A stretch of 64,000 nt of DNA from Candidatus Thorarchaeota archaeon (GCA_046758445.1 JBHIAE010000002.1:74073-138072), one strand, 5' to 3'; counted from the first letter of the stretch, positions 43,412 to 53,705 are shown. Notes: a model not told the origin generated them from the letters alone. Made by a program: numbers and translations.

Positions 43412-43846
43412 TCACTCTACAACAATCTCATTCTCATGTGCGATTGATGACTTCATGGAGTTTCCGACAAAGCAATACTTTGCACCCAAGTACAATGCTC
43501 TCTCAAACTTCGGTCTTAGCTTCTCTGAGTCAATCACCAACTTGGACTTAATCTCGATTCTTGTAATCTCGAAGCTCTTCCCAATCTGTTCTAGAGTACC
43601 TGACCCCATGCATTCGAACGACTGAAAGTCGATATGCATCTTTCTTGTGAAGTAGATGAAGGAGTTCATGAAGCAGACTGTGACTGATGCCACAAAGAGG
43701 TGTTCAGGAGTATAGAGGCCGGGAGTGCTCTCCTCCCCCTTCGGTCTTGATACCTTGATGCTCTGCCTCCCCTGAATTTGTACCTTCCCGCCCTCCTTAT
43801 GGTCCCAGAAAACATTGACATCGTAAAGCTTTAGCTCCTCACTCAT
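43412..43846 (-). CDS. OsmC family protein (tandem paralog)
   Basis: TPEHLF..VCF, KYCFVGNS. Confidence 0.85.
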   Translation of the reverse strand: MSEELKLYDVNVFWDHKEGGKVQIQGRQSIKVSRPKGEESTPGLYTPEHLFVASVTVCFMNSFIYFTRKMHIDFQSFECMGSGTLEQIGKSFEITRIEIKSKLVIDSEKLRPKFERALYLGAKYCFVGNSMKSSIAHENEIVVE

Positions 43847-43915
43847 TTACATCACAAGGTGCAGAATGACTTGAACCACAGGAAAAGGCTTTGGGAATGG
43901 GCCTGATTGAATCAT

Positions 43916-44806
43916 CTATAGCTCCAGCATCAGCTTCTTGAGCTTCTCAGTGATTCTCAACGCCTCTTTCCATTCTCTCTGCCACAAGTTCCGGCCAAAC
44001 AAGAGACCCGCCGCGCCCTGCTCAAGACAAGTCTTTGCTTTGTAGATTAGGTCATCGTCACCTAGCATGCTGCCACCAGAAAAGAGAACCAACGTCTTGC
44101 CAGCGGACTCTATGACCTTCTTGACTCTCTCTTCGTAGCTGAGTTCCAAGCTATCGTAGGGCTCCGGCTGCTGCGATTTTCTCTTCGGGTCGTCCTCAGG
44201 AACATTTAGCTTTACAGCATCAGCACCCAACTCATTGGCTATTCTGGCAGCGTAATCCACGGCATAGAGTGACTTCTTTCCTCCCTTCTCCTCAACGGCC
44301 TCGCCACGAGGATAGGACCAGAGGATGATAGGCATCCCAAAACGATCTGCTTCGGCCTTCACTCTTCTGAACTGATTAAAGTCTTCAACCTGCTTAGGAC
44401 TACCAACATAGAGCGTATATCCGATGGCATCTGCTCCAATTCTGACAGCATCTTCCACAGAGGCCGTCATAGGAGACAAGGCGTGAGCATCAGAGGGAAT
44501 CTTTGTCTTCCCGTTTAATTTCAGCACAATCGGGACTCTGCCGGCATACTTTGCGCCATATTTCTCTGCCAATCCGAGATGGAGTGCAATACCAGAGTAG
44601 CCACCCTCGTCAGCGAGTCTGAACTGAAACTCAGGGTCCTCGCTTGGAGGATTCGGAAAGAAGGACACAGGGCCATGTTCCATTCCCTGATCTATGGGCA
44701 GAATCAGTAGGCGGCCATTTCCCGGTCCATGCTTATACATCAGCCTGTGAAGCCTAGTTCTCTTACCCAGGCCTAGGTAGTCTAGGTCGTCAAGATTCAG
44801 TACCAT
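43916..44806 (-). CDS. fbaB: Class I fructose-bisphosphate aldolase (DhnA type)
   Basis: LPIDQGMEHGP, WSYPRG, ELGADAVK, FGRNLWQ. Confidence 0.9.
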   Translation of the reverse strand: MVLNLDDLDYLGLGKRTRLHRLMYKHGPGNGRLLILPIDQGMEHGPVSFFPNPPSEDPEFQFRLADEGGYSGIALHLGLAEKYGAKYAGRVPIVLKLNGKTKIPSDAHALSPMTASVEDAVRIGADAIGYTLYVGSPKQVEDFNQFRRVKAEADRFGMPIILWSYPRGEAVEEKGGKKSLYAVDYAARIANELGADAVKLNVPEDDPKRKSQQPEPYDSLELSYEERVKKVIESAGKTLVLFSGGSMLGDDDLIYKAKTCLEQGAAGLLFGRNLWQREWKEALRITEKLKKLMLEL

Positions 44807-44856
44807 CGTCCTTCAACCTCTTGTGTCGTGTGCGGAGTCATGTACACCCCTGGCTT

Positions 44857-45696
44857 TCAAGTCTTCCCACGATTTGGTTTCTCGGCTCTGAAGACCAGGA
44901 AGAATGGAATGCGTTTCTCGCGGTTGAAGAAGCTTTCCCTGCTGATTGGCTGCGGCTCTTCAATACTTGTGATTTGAAAACCAACTTCGACCAGTGTATT
45001 CACATAGGTAGAGATGGTTCTATGAAAGAAGATTATCGGCTGTGGAAACTTCTCCCCATTGCGAGTCTTCCAGTACCTTTCATACACCTTCTCATTGAAG
45101 TATTGATCGACCTTGAAGAAGAGCCCTTTCCTTCTCTGAGTATCAGGATCCTTCGGTCCCATCTCCCATGCGCCGGGCCCGTAGAAGTTGAAGGCTGGGT
45201 GAGCAATCGAGAAGACGAGGATGCCACCGGGATTTAGCACACGATAGAAACTCTGGAAGGCCTCTCTCAAGCAAGGCGAATTCAAGAGGACTAGATTACA
45301 GAGGACCTGATCAAACTCCTCCTCAGACACACCATCAAGACCACATATATCCCCAATACGATAGTCTATCCCGAGTGAGTCCTGGTCCGGATGTTCTCTA
45401 CAGATCTCAATCAGTTTAGCAGACACATCAATGCCTGTTACAATGGCTCCTCTTCTTGCGTAGTGCCGGGATAGGTACCCCTCTCCACAACCAGCATCAA
45501 GGAGCTTCTTTCCCTTTACTTGGCCCAACATTCCTTCTACACAAGGATTGAGGATAGACTGATGGTGTGGAGTTCCCTCGTCACCTATCAGCTCTGCATA
45601 TGCCTCTGCGTTACTCTCCCATTGCTTTCCTATATCGTCTTCCATAGGCAGTGTCCTGACCTCAAACCTTCTGAAACTTTCGTATGATATGCCCAT
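44857..45696 (-). CDS. Class I SAM methyltransferase
   Basis: LLDAGCGEG, FSIAHP. Confidence 0.88.
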   Translation of the reverse strand: MGISYESFRRFEVRTLPMEDDIGKQWESNAEAYAELIGDEGTPHHQSILNPCVEGMLGQVKGKKLLDAGCGEGYLSRHYARRGAIVTGIDVSAKLIEICREHPDQDSLGIDYRIGDICGLDGVSEEEFDQVLCNLVLLNSPCLREAFQSFYRVLNPGGILVFSIAHPAFNFYGPGAWEMGPKDPDTQRRKGLFFKVDQYFNEKVYERYWKTRNGEKFPQPIIFFHRTISTYVNTLVEVGFQITSIEEPQPISRESFFNREKRIPFFLVFRAEKPNRGKT

Positions 45697-45772
45697 CGGA
45701 CCATCTTGGTTTCGCGGGCGGAATGAATCTTCAAAAATGCCATCACGAAACTGATTGTTTCACAGAATAAGT

Positions 45773-45879
45773 TGGTGGACCGGGCGAGATTCGAACTCGC
45801 GACCTTTCGGACATTCGATCTACCGGGCAAACCAGCAGGCTTGCGAACCGAACGATCTACCAGGCTGATCTACCGGCCC
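45773..45879 (-). tRNA. tRNA-Ala(CGC) with 30-nt intron (45812-45841), CCA encoded
   Basis: GGGCCGG/CCGGTCC acceptor with G3:U70; TTCGG-TTCGCA|intron|T-CCGAA; GTTCGAAT. Confidence 0.92.
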
Positions 45880-45946
45880 ACGTCTTGCTCGAAAATCCAC
45901 GATGGATTTCTTAAAACCTTGTCTACTAAGTGGACTCGAAACTCAA

Positions 45947-46237
45947 TCAAATCTCTATTCCGAAAGCCTCAGAGAACTTCTCCATCTTGACGAACTCTCT
46001 TAGAAACTCCCGACCCTTTTCGGTCAGCACATATACTCTGTTCCCTCCAACGTCGATTTCACGGATTAGTTCCTTGTCTACGAGCTCCCCAAGATACTGG
46101 GTAAGTCTGTCGTGAGACAGATTGGCACTATAGAGGATCTTTGTCGGGCCTGCACCTTCCTCACTCTCACTCTGGATGGTGCGCATCATATCAGCAAGGA
46201 TGCGCATCTTTGAGCGATACGCCCGTTTCCTGCTCAT
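45947..46237 (-). CDS. Archaeal winged-helix regulator
   Basis: RSKMRILADM, TKILYSANLS, Y.LTEKG. Confidence 0.85.
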   Translation of the reverse strand: MSRKRAYRSKMRILADMMRTIQSESEEGAGPTKILYSANLSHDRLTQYLGELVDKELIREIDVGGNRVYVLTEKGREFLREFVKMEKFSEAFGIEI

Positions 46238-46857
46238 TCCTCACGGCCTACCTTGATTAGCATGACCAAGAGCGCGAGAAATCCGAGAAGCTGGAGTATT
46301 TGGCTAATGAGGTAGCCCTGCCCCACTTCCCCGAATATTGCCGCCACATGACTCAGCAAAAGTAGGAAGAAGCCCACCAAAACATACAGTCCAAAACGGC
46401 TTCTAGTTGATGCATAGTTCATCAGTGACTGAAGGACGACAACGACTAGTATGATCAATGCCACTATCTCGAGGCTTGGGTCCAGAAGTATGGGAACTTG
46501 CATTAGCAAGACCATCTCAGGCACTGACCTTACCGTGTGATGAGTGGAAACAGCGAACAGGAGGTATGCCATGATCCGCATGAAACCATGTGCCAGCGTC
46601 ACCACCAGAATCAGGGTCTGAGTCTGCCCAGTTGCGCCTTGAGACCCTAGTAGAACAAAGAAGTAGAGCGTTCCAATCACTCGGCCGAATAACCCTGCAG
46701 ACAGCACCATGAAGCCTGTTGAGAGGTCCGCCAATCTCTTCTGTTCTGTCAGTCTATATGCCTTGTTAGCATAGTGAGAAATCAATAGTGCGATTATTCC
46801 GCTAACGGTCTCGAAGAGGAGATCAAGCCTGATTAGCGCTGGAGTAAGGCCCTGCAT
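46234..46857 (-). CDS. Multi-TM membrane protein, coupled to the wHTH gene
   Basis: 6-7 hydrophobic segments; 4-bp overlap with the wHTH gene. Confidence 0.75.
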   Translation of the reverse strand: MQGLTPALIRLDLLFETVSGIIALLISHYANKAYRLTEQKRLADLSTGFMVLSAGLFGRVIGTLYFFVLLGSQGATGQTQTLILVVTLAHGFMRIMAYLLFAVSTHHTVRSVPEMVLLMQVPILLDPSLEIVALIILVVVVLQSLMNYASTRSRFGLYVLVGFFLLLLSHVAAIFGEVGQGYLISQILQLLGFLALLVMLIKVGREE

Positions 46858-47226
46858 CTATGAACCTCTTTTTCGGATTTCTCCGTCTTGTTCTTTATTG
46901 CAAGTGGATGAATCGTCTATGACATTTGGCTGATTTGGTGATTAATCCGACTGCAATCTACACTCTTGGCGCCCAATTCGGCGCCGAATCCGCGGAGAAT
47001 CTTGCTAGACGAATGATACAGAGTCATCGTTCATTCACTCTTTATAATCAGAATTCGTAGTTTCGGTTACATAGATGGAAGAATCCGACAGCTGCGCGCA
47101 GTGGACAGATATCTCCTGCCTCTGCGAATGAATGGCGGGGTTTCCACCCCGTCCTTCCATCACCTTCTTCTCACGTCATAGTTGCAACAGCTTAATACAG
47201 AATGATAGTCTAGGAATCAATGGTTC

Positions 47227-47718
47227 GTGGTATTGTCGCAATGTGTTCGGTGTGGTGCACAAGTGGGTGATTCAGCAGAGAGAGTCTTCCGTAGAGGTGA
47301 AGGCAGATACCCATTGCTATGCGAACCTTGCATGCTGCGGGAGATGATTCGGCGGTCAGCAGAGCGCGTCTTGTGCGAATCATGTGGTCGACGGATTGAA
47401 TCCATCCGTCGAATTGCCATCAGGGACATGGAGGGACACGGGCAAAGCCCTTCGCGTCTATGTCTTGCCTGTTTGAGGAAGCAACTTGATGAGTCGGCCA
47501 CCGCCCCCTATGTTCATCCTAGGCACGGCACAAAGCGTGGCTTGTACAGAGATGATAGGCCGCCGGATGGGTCGCCATTCATTCAACGGACCAAACACAA
47601 GGTTCTCTGTCCATGGTGTTTCTTCTCGCTCTCATCCAAAGACATTACGCAACTCGTGGAGGAAGGAGAGATTCACTGCCACGACTGCGGAGCCACACTG
47701 ACACCTGACATTCTGTAG
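47227..47718 (+). CDS. Multi zinc-finger hypothetical protein
   Basis: Six CxxC pairs. Confidence 0.65.
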   Translation: MVLSQCVRCGAQVGDSAERVFRRGEGRYPLLCEPCMLREMIRRSAERVLCESCGRRIESIRRIAIRDMEGHGQSPSRLCLACLRKQLDESATAPYVHPRHGTKRGLYRDDRPPDGSPFIQRTKHKVLCPWCFFSLSSKDITQLVEEGEIHCHDCGATLTPDIL

Positions 47719-47805
47719 AATCTAATACCTAGAGAGATGAGTCGCATTCTATCGAATCAAATGCATCAGAACTGCCCCTCTGAGTGGGTGTGTTCCGGTC
47801 CCTTG

Positions 47806-47820
47806 GAAAGCTTTTTATCG
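47806..47820 (+). promoter_or_regulatory. Putative rRNA promoter (BRE + TATA)
   Basis: GAAAGCTTTTTATCG about 320 bp upstream of the 16S gene. Confidence 0.5.
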
Positions 47821-47984
47821 GAATTGCTCGGGATTCATTCAGCCTTCGCGCCCTAACGGTGTCAGACCTGATGCTGTCGGCGAGTGCCAAGCGATGATGG
47901 TCCGTGATTTCCAGGCGCGAGAATAAGATGCGGACGTGAGATAGACCGGTGCAATTGTGCCGGAATCCCCTCGTGTCTAAGATA

Positions 47985-48056
47985 TGCTCAACAGTGTGCA
48001 GGTTAATTGGGTAAGTTCACCAACTATCCCCGTTACGCCTGTACTTCATCAAGCTA
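47985..48056 (+). other. 5' strand of the pre-16S processing stem
   Basis: TGCTCAACAGTG (47985-96) pairs with CACTGTTGAGCA (49927-38); GGGTAAGTTC (48009-18) pairs with GAACTTGCCC (49909-18); TCCCCGT/ACGGGGA; CCTGTACTTC/GAAGTACGGG. Confidence 0.8.
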
Positions 48057-49008
48057 AGTTCAAGTGTGTATGAAGGTCATGCGCTGGACCGATACTACTC
48101 CGGTCTACCTTGCCAATGTGCATGATTGAGATCAACTCTAGTTGATCCTGCTAGAGGACACTGCTATCGGCTTGGGGTTAAGACATGCAAGTGGAACGGG
48201 CTCGCATCCGAGTCCGTCGCGAACGGCTCAGTAGTGTCGCTAACCTACCCTGTGGAGGTGGACACCGCCGGGAAACTGGCGTTAATCCACCGTAGGAGCA
48301 TTGTTCTGGAAATGATGTTGCTCTGATATGGGGGCCCTAGGTATGTTGGGCTCTCCGCCGCAGGACGGGGCGGCACCGGATCATACTTGTAAGTGGGGTA
48401 ATTGCCCACTTAGGTTGTGACCCGAACGGGCGATGTAAGTCGTGGCCCGGAGAAGGGCACTGAGACAAGGGCCCTAGCCCCACGGGGTGCAGCAGTTACG
48501 AAACCTCACCAATGCGCGAAAGCGTGAGTGGGCCAAGCCGAGTGATGGGGGATAACTCCATCTGTGGCGAATCCGTATGATGGATTGCTAGAAAGGAGAG
48601 GGCAAGGCTGGTGCCAGCCGCCGCGGTAAAACCAGCTCTTCGAGTTGTGTCCATGATTATTGAGCTTAAAGCGTTCGTAGCCTGTTTGGTAGGTTCCTGC
48701 TTAAATCCGGCCGCCCAACGGTCGGCCTGGTAGGAATACCGCCTTACTTGGGAGCGGGAGACGGCGACGGTATTTCACAGGTAAGGGTGAAATCTAATGA
48801 TCTGTGGAGGACCACCAGTGGCGAAGGCGGTCGCCGAGAACGCGTCCGACGGTGAGGGACGAAACCCAGGGGAGCGAATCGGATTAGATACCCGAGTAGT
48901 CCTGGGCGTAAACGATGCCCGTTAAGTGTTGCATTGGCCACGAGCCACTGCGGTGCTGTAGCGAAAGCGATAAACGGGCCGCTTGGGAAGTACGGTCGCA
49001 AGACTGAA

Positions 49009-49038
49009 TTTGAGAGCCGCTCCGACTCTCGACAGGTC
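49009..49038 (+). other. 16S mini-intron 1 (30 nt, ~E. coli 908)
   Basis: Splits GACTGAA|ACTTAAAGG; GAGAG/CTCTC hairpin, relaxed BHB. Confidence 0.88.
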
Positions 49039-49077
<39 letters not shown>

Positions 49078-49482
49078 GCTTGCGGTTTAATTGGACTCAA
49101 CGCCGGAAAACTTACCCGCCCAGACAGCCGGATGAGAGCCAGACTGATGATCTTGCTCGACGAGCTGAGAGCTGGTGCATGGCCATCGTAAATTCGTGCC
49201 GTGAGGTATCAGCTTAAGTGCTGCAACGAATGAGATCCCTGCCACCTAGTTGCCAGCCGGGGGCTTCGGCCCTGTCGGGGCACACTAGGGGGACCGCCAG
49301 CGAAAAGCTGGAGGAAGGTGGGGGCCACGGTAGGTCCGTATGCCGCGATATGGGCGGGGCCACACGCGTGCTACAATGGCAAGGACAATGCGTTACGACA
49401 CCGAGAGGTGAAGTCAATCGCGAAACCTTGTCGTAGTTGGGATCGGGGGTTGGAACTCACCCCCGTGAACCTGGAATCCCTA

Positions 49483-49512
49483 TCGACTGCAGACTCCCTG
49501 TAGTCGGGGAAA
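49483..49512 (+). other. 16S mini-intron 2 (30 nt, ~E. coli 1346)
   Basis: Splits GGAATCCCTA|GTATCCG; BHB with UCCC/GGGA helix, CGACTGCAG/CTGTAGTCG stem. Confidence 0.9.
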
Positions 49513-49552
49513 GTATCCGCGTGTCACTATCGCGCGGAGAATACGTCCCTGC

Positions 49553-49582
49553 AGGGGACGTGAATCCCACGTACCCGGGGAA
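49553..49582 (+). other. 16S mini-intron 3 (30 nt, ~E. coli 1386)
   Basis: Splits GTCCCTGC|TTCTTGCACAC; CCCU/GGGG helix, ACGTG/CACGT stem. Confidence 0.88.
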
Positions 49583-49686
49583 TTCTTGCACACACCGCCC
49601 GTCGCTCCATGCGAGCGGCTTCTGGGTGAGGCGTTATCCTTTGGGTGATTACGAATCTGGGGGTCGCAAGTAGGGAGAAGTCGTAA

Positions 49687-49716
49687 CTGCGTCACACTTC
49701 GTGGCGTGGCGGAACA
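49687..49716 (+). other. 16S mini-intron 4 (30 nt, ~E. coli 1500)
   Basis: Splits AAGTCGTAA|CAAGG (junction ambiguous by +/-1); TGCGTCAC/GTGGCGTG stem. Confidence 0.88.
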
Positions 49717-49747
49717 CAAGGTATCCGTAGCGGAAGCTGCGGATGGA

Positions 49748-49778
49748 AGAAGTAGAGAGTCACTCTCGCTTCCATCAA
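49748..49778 (+). other. 16S mini-intron 5 (31 nt, just before the anti-Shine-Dalgarno)
   Basis: Splits CGGATGGA|TCACCTCCT; BHB GAUG/CAUC with GAA and AAU bulges, GAAG/CUUC and GAGAG/CUCUC stems. Confidence 0.9.
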
Positions 49779-49946
49779 TCACCTCCTATGTTTTCTACTT
49801 CATAGAGGTAGAAGCAGCTTGCTTGCAGTCCCTCGGGACTGCGAGAGAAGTACGGGCCTTCGACGACGGGGAATGCGGTGCAATCGTGACAGGTTGCCCA
49901 AGGCACGGGAACTTGCCCTAGCCGCTCACTGTTGAGCACCCTTTTC
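49769..49946 (+). repeat. 16S 3' end + processing trailer, copy A (resident)
   Basis: Homologous to 55094-55272; pairs with the 5' leader. Confidence 0.9.
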
Positions 49947-49989
49947 ATTTTGCATTAGATATTCCAAGATGAGATGACACTCCGTTCGA

Positions 49990-50727
49990 TCAACGCAGAG
50001 GCAATCCCTTCTTGAGCCTCTTCAGTTTGAACCTCAGGTCATCCAGCATCTCTTGGTAGTCGATGATATGCTCCTCAGGTCTCTCATCATTTTCAAAATA
50101 TGACTGAAGGAATTCCTCAGTCTCGGCGACAAAGCCCTCTATGATTTCATCTATGTCCCACTTCTTTCCCTCCGGAGGGATGAGGGCACCTGAGCTCACT
50201 CTCTCGCCAGTGATGGATGAAAAGACGCTGACCTGAATGCCACCATAGTCACTGGTGAGTACAACCTGTAGCTGCTCTGAGTCCAGACTGAGAAACGTTC
50301 CTAGGTTCACGGGTCTCAGGTTGAGAGCCCTGGCAATTCGCTTGCTCTCCCTGAATACGATGCCCTTTCTCTCCTTTGGGTCAGTCTCAAACGAGATGTT
50401 GAGCCTACATCTTCGACCCTCAAGGAAGACCTCTTTGGAGCTGATGAGACTGGACACATCGACATCAGAGAGGGGGGAGTTCTCTAGTGCTGACAGGTCT
50501 GAGGCGTCACTCTCTATCCTCCAACAATGACCATGAGCCGAGGCGGTCCCATCAACAAGTGGACAGACACTCTCATCATGTGAGACTGAAACATCTGTTT
50601 CGATTGGAGGTTGATCGAGCAACGCGCTGCAAGTCAGAGGAAAGGGTACATTCACCAGTACAAATGGGGTCTTTCGTTCGATATATGGTCTGAGTAGTTG
50701 AAGCTCCCCATACTCTATATGACTGTA
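49990..50727 (-). pseudogene. 5'-truncated paralog of the 1717-aa protein (C-terminal ~245 aa)
   Basis: IEYGELQLLRPYIERKTPFV..VPFPLT...HDESVCPLVDG...HGHCW aligns with IEYAELQLLRPYVERKTPFV..VPLPLT...HDENRCPLVDG...HGTCW. Confidence 0.88.
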
Positions 50728-50786
50728 ACTTCAGTCATGAAGTTACAAGTGAAACTTTATCAGAATATATGACAAACTTATCATAT
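50724..50786 (+). promoter_or_regulatory. Palindromes upstream of the mer cassette (putative operator sites)
   Basis: TGTAACTTCA-N4-TGAAGTTACA (50724-47), TTTAT box, ATATGA-N8-TCATAT (50767-86). Confidence 0.6.
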
Positions 50787-51111
50787 GATATCTTTGTCAT
50801 TAGATACCAATCCAATGGTCCTGTTCTTCAAGGGCTTAGCCAACGAAACAAGACTGTCACTCCTAAGGACACTCAGCAATAGACCAATGTCTGTTTCAGA
50901 GCTCTGTGCAGAGCTCGACTACGAGCAGAGCCGCGTTTCCCACAACTTGACATGTCTTGAGTTCTGTGGGTTCGTAAATAGTGAGAGGGATGGAAAGAAC
51001 AAGATCTATTCACTGAATGAAGAAACGATTGGACCACTCATGGGTATTGTTGACAATCATATCAGACAGCACGGTCAGAATCTCTTGCAGTGCAAGGTAC
51101 TGAAGAGATGA
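50785..51111 (+). CDS. ArsR/SmtB family regulator (probable Hg-responsive)
   Basis: FKGLANETRL, VSHNLTCLEFCG; adjacent to merA. Confidence 0.88.
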   Translation: MISLSLDTNPMVLFFKGLANETRLSLLRTLSNRPMSVSELCAELDYEQSRVSHNLTCLEFCGFVNSERDGKNKIYSLNEETIGPLMGIVDNHIRQHGQNLLQCKVLKR

Positions 51112-51166
51112 AAGAGGTCCGTTACAGAATGATGATGCTCAGTAACTATAGAAATGGATTGAAAAA

Positions 51167-52873
51167 TTGAGGTTGAACAAGATGGAAGATGAAGAGAGGA
51201 AACACGAGATTAGATTGAGAGTCAAAGGGATGACATGTGACAGCTGCGCTGTACATGTCCAACGAGCTCTTGAGAATGTTGATGGAGTGAACTTGGTCGA
51301 TTTACCAAGTTGGAAGTCCGAGTCAGTACGAGTCATTGCAAGATCAACAATTCCAGATAAGGAACTAACAGATGCTGTCAAAAATGCAGGATATAGTGCT
51401 GAAACAGACAGCAGGTCTGAAACTCACTTGGAACCAGTACTTCCAGTCACACCGAAGACTACAGGATATGACCTTGCTGTGATAGGAACAGGTGGAGCAG
51501 GAGTTGCTGCAGCCATAAAGGGCGCGGAGCTCGGCTACAGAGTCGCTCTAATTGAACGCGGAGAAATCGGAGGAACCTGCGTGAATGTCGGTTGCATTCC
51601 GTCAAAGACACTCATTCGAGCTGCAGAGTCATTTCACAATGCCAAGCACAACCCATTTCGAGGCGTGACAACCACATCAGGAGACCTCGTATGGAAGGAA
51701 GTGATTCTCCAAAAAGACTCACTGATAGAAACATTGCGACGAGAGAAGTACATCGACGTAATCGATGCCTACAAGGACAAGATCTCTGTTTTCAAGAGTC
51801 AAGCTCGACTTACTCATGATGGTGGTGTACAGCTAGAAAATGGGCAAACGATACAGCCTTCCAAGATTGTGATTGCGACAGGAGCAAGACCTCGAATTCT
51901 CTCAGTTGAAGGAGTGTCGGACACAAGTGTGCTTACTAGCACAAGTCTGATGGAAATCAACCAGCTGCCGAAATCGCTCATTGTTATTGGAGGACGGTCA
52001 GTCGCTTTGGAGCTAGGTCAAGCATTCTCGAGGTTTGGGACGAAAGTTACGATTCTTCAACGTAGTAACACGATAATCCCTGCACATGAACCGGAGATTG
52101 CTGAAGCACTTATGGGCTATCTTGAAGAAGAGGGGATAGAGATTATCACTAATGTCAGAGTATTATCGATCGCTGACTCCGGGGAGAAGATTGTTACAGC
52201 ACAAGTCAATGGCGACACGAGAGAGTTCAAGGCTGAGCATGTTCTAATGGCTGTAGGTCGAAAACCAAATACTGAGGACATGGGGCTCTCTGAGGCTAAC
52301 GTCGAACTTGATGAACATGGCTTCATTAAGGTGGACTCTCAAATGCGGACCAGTAATGAGCATGTGTTTGCCGCTGGTGATGTCGCAATCCTACCTAAGT
52401 TTGTCTACGTTGCTGCTGCATCTGGTGGACTAGCAGCTGAAAACGCACTTAGGAACAAAAGAAAGGAACTCGACCTTTCAATCATGCCCGGTATCATCTT
52501 CACCTCGCCTCAAGTTGCGGTTGTAGGTCTTACTGAAGACAAGGCAAAGGATGCTGGATACGAGGTAAAAGTGAGCATATTACCTTTAGAATATGTCCCA
52601 AGAGCATTGGCGGCTCACGACGTACGGGGTCTCATTAAGCTCGTTGCCGATGCAGAATCCAATTGTCTTCTTGGTGCGCATGTTCTTGCAGAAGACGCTG
52701 GCGAGATAATTCAAACAGCGGTCATGGCCATTCTAATGGGGCAGAAATATGGTTTCACAGTATCAGACTTCCAGAGTTTATTGTTCCCCTATCTCGTACA
52801 GGTTGAGGGATTGAAACTTGCGGCTCTGGCATTTTATAAGGATGTTTCTAAGCTATCTTGCTGTGCAAGCTAA
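51167..52873 (+). CDS. merA: Mercuric reductase
   Basis: N-terminal HMA GMTCDSC, GGTCVNVGCIPSK, FVYVAA, FPYL, C-terminal LSCCA. Confidence 0.95.
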   Translation: MRLNKMEDEERKHEIRLRVKGMTCDSCAVHVQRALENVDGVNLVDLPSWKSESVRVIARSTIPDKELTDAVKNAGYSAETDSRSETHLEPVLPVTPKTTGYDLAVIGTGGAGVAAAIKGAELGYRVALIERGEIGGTCVNVGCIPSKTLIRAAESFHNAKHNPFRGVTTTSGDLVWKEVILQKDSLIETLRREKYIDVIDAYKDKISVFKSQARLTHDGGVQLENGQTIQPSKIVIATGARPRILSVEGVSDTSVLTSTSLMEINQLPKSLIVIGGRSVALELGQAFSRFGTKVTILQRSNTIIPAHEPEIAEALMGYLEEEGIEIITNVRVLSIADSGEKIVTAQVNGDTREFKAEHVLMAVGRKPNTEDMGLSEANVELDEHGFIKVDSQMRTSNEHVFAAGDVAILPKFVYVAAASGGLAAENALRNKRKELDLSIMPGIIFTSPQVAVVGLTEDKAKDAGYEVKVSILPLEYVPRALAAHDVRGLIKLVADAESNCLLGAHVLAEDAGEIIQTAVMAILMGQKYGFTVSDFQSLLFPYLVQVEGLKLAALAFYKDVSKLSCCAS

Positions 52874-53020
52874 ACAAATGGCTCTTTCAGTAAAAGCGGG
52901 TCTTAGTACAAACATCTCAAAACAGCTTAGCGCTTCAGCGGGGCTTTCAGCTCACCACGATTGATGCCTTACTTATGCAGCTAAAGCAATGCTCTTTTCT
53001 CCTGATACAGTGAGAGTCAT

Positions 53021-53581
53021 TTGGGAATGCTGATGAGAGAAGTGAAATTCGAACCAGATTTGAGCAAACGCTTGCAGAAACAGTATGGGATGGAGAACCC
53101 CCCCGCCACCCTATCTGAGGTCATCAAGTTTGTCAAGGCACAGGTGCTTGCAACAGCTGGGGGTCGAGAATGGGTAGCATCGATTCGGAAAGGCAAGGTC
53201 ACAATCGGAGAAACGGACTTAGAGCGTGGGCTGTCCATCGTTTCGCCGGACGGGCGCGAGATAAAGGTCATGTGCGGCTACGATTCCCTGGGGACGGCTC
53301 TGCTACGCGGGGAAGGCCTAGTCAAGGCCACATGCTTCCACTGCGGTGAGAAGATGGAACTCGAGATTGAGGACAGCAAACTCGTTCATGCCTCCCACCC
53401 CTCAATCGTTTTTTGGATAGGAGACGGCCCTAAGGGCATACCATTCTGTGACCACTACAACTTTTTCCCGGATCAGAAACACCTAGATGGCTGGCTGGAT
53501 ACGAACCCTGAGGAGCTTGGTGTTGTACTATCTTTGGATGAAACGATTGAATTCCTGAATCTTTCGCACAAAGGATTGTGA
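53021..53581 (+). CDS. merB: Organomercurial lyase MerB-like protein
   Basis: MCGYDSL (cf. WCAxD), CFHCGE, C..YNFF; downstream of merA. Confidence 0.75.
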   Translation: MGMLMREVKFEPDLSKRLQKQYGMENPPATLSEVIKFVKAQVLATAGGREWVASIRKGKVTIGETDLERGLSIVSPDGREIKVMCGYDSLGTALLRGEGLVKATCFHCGEKMELEIEDSKLVHASHPSIVFWIGDGPKGIPFCDHYNFFPDQKHLDGWLDTNPEELGVVLSLDETIEFLNLSHKGL

Positions 53582-53605
53582 GTCAGATTTCGTATCTTCT
53601 TGTTT

Positions 53606-53705
53606 GATGTCTTCCCTCTGAGGTAAAGAGAATAAGAGGCTAACGGGGCTGGGTGTACAGGTAACCTGCCCCAGCACACAACGCTGAGCATTCTTTCATT
53701 TTGCA
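53606..53705 (+). repeat. Degenerate 16S trailer, copy C
   Basis: ACGGGG..GGTG..CTGCCCCAGC..CTGAGCATTCTTTCATTTTGCA resembles 49866-49954. Confidence 0.6.

Noticed and set aside
45808-45842. tRNA-Ala intron interrupting a CGGA|T motif
   Set aside because: Intron is at the canonical 37/38 position and no matching guide is seen; likely coincidence
49790-49946. Trailer as an independent ncRNA (5S, SRP or tRNA)
   Set aside because: No such motifs; explained by complementarity to the 16S 5' leader
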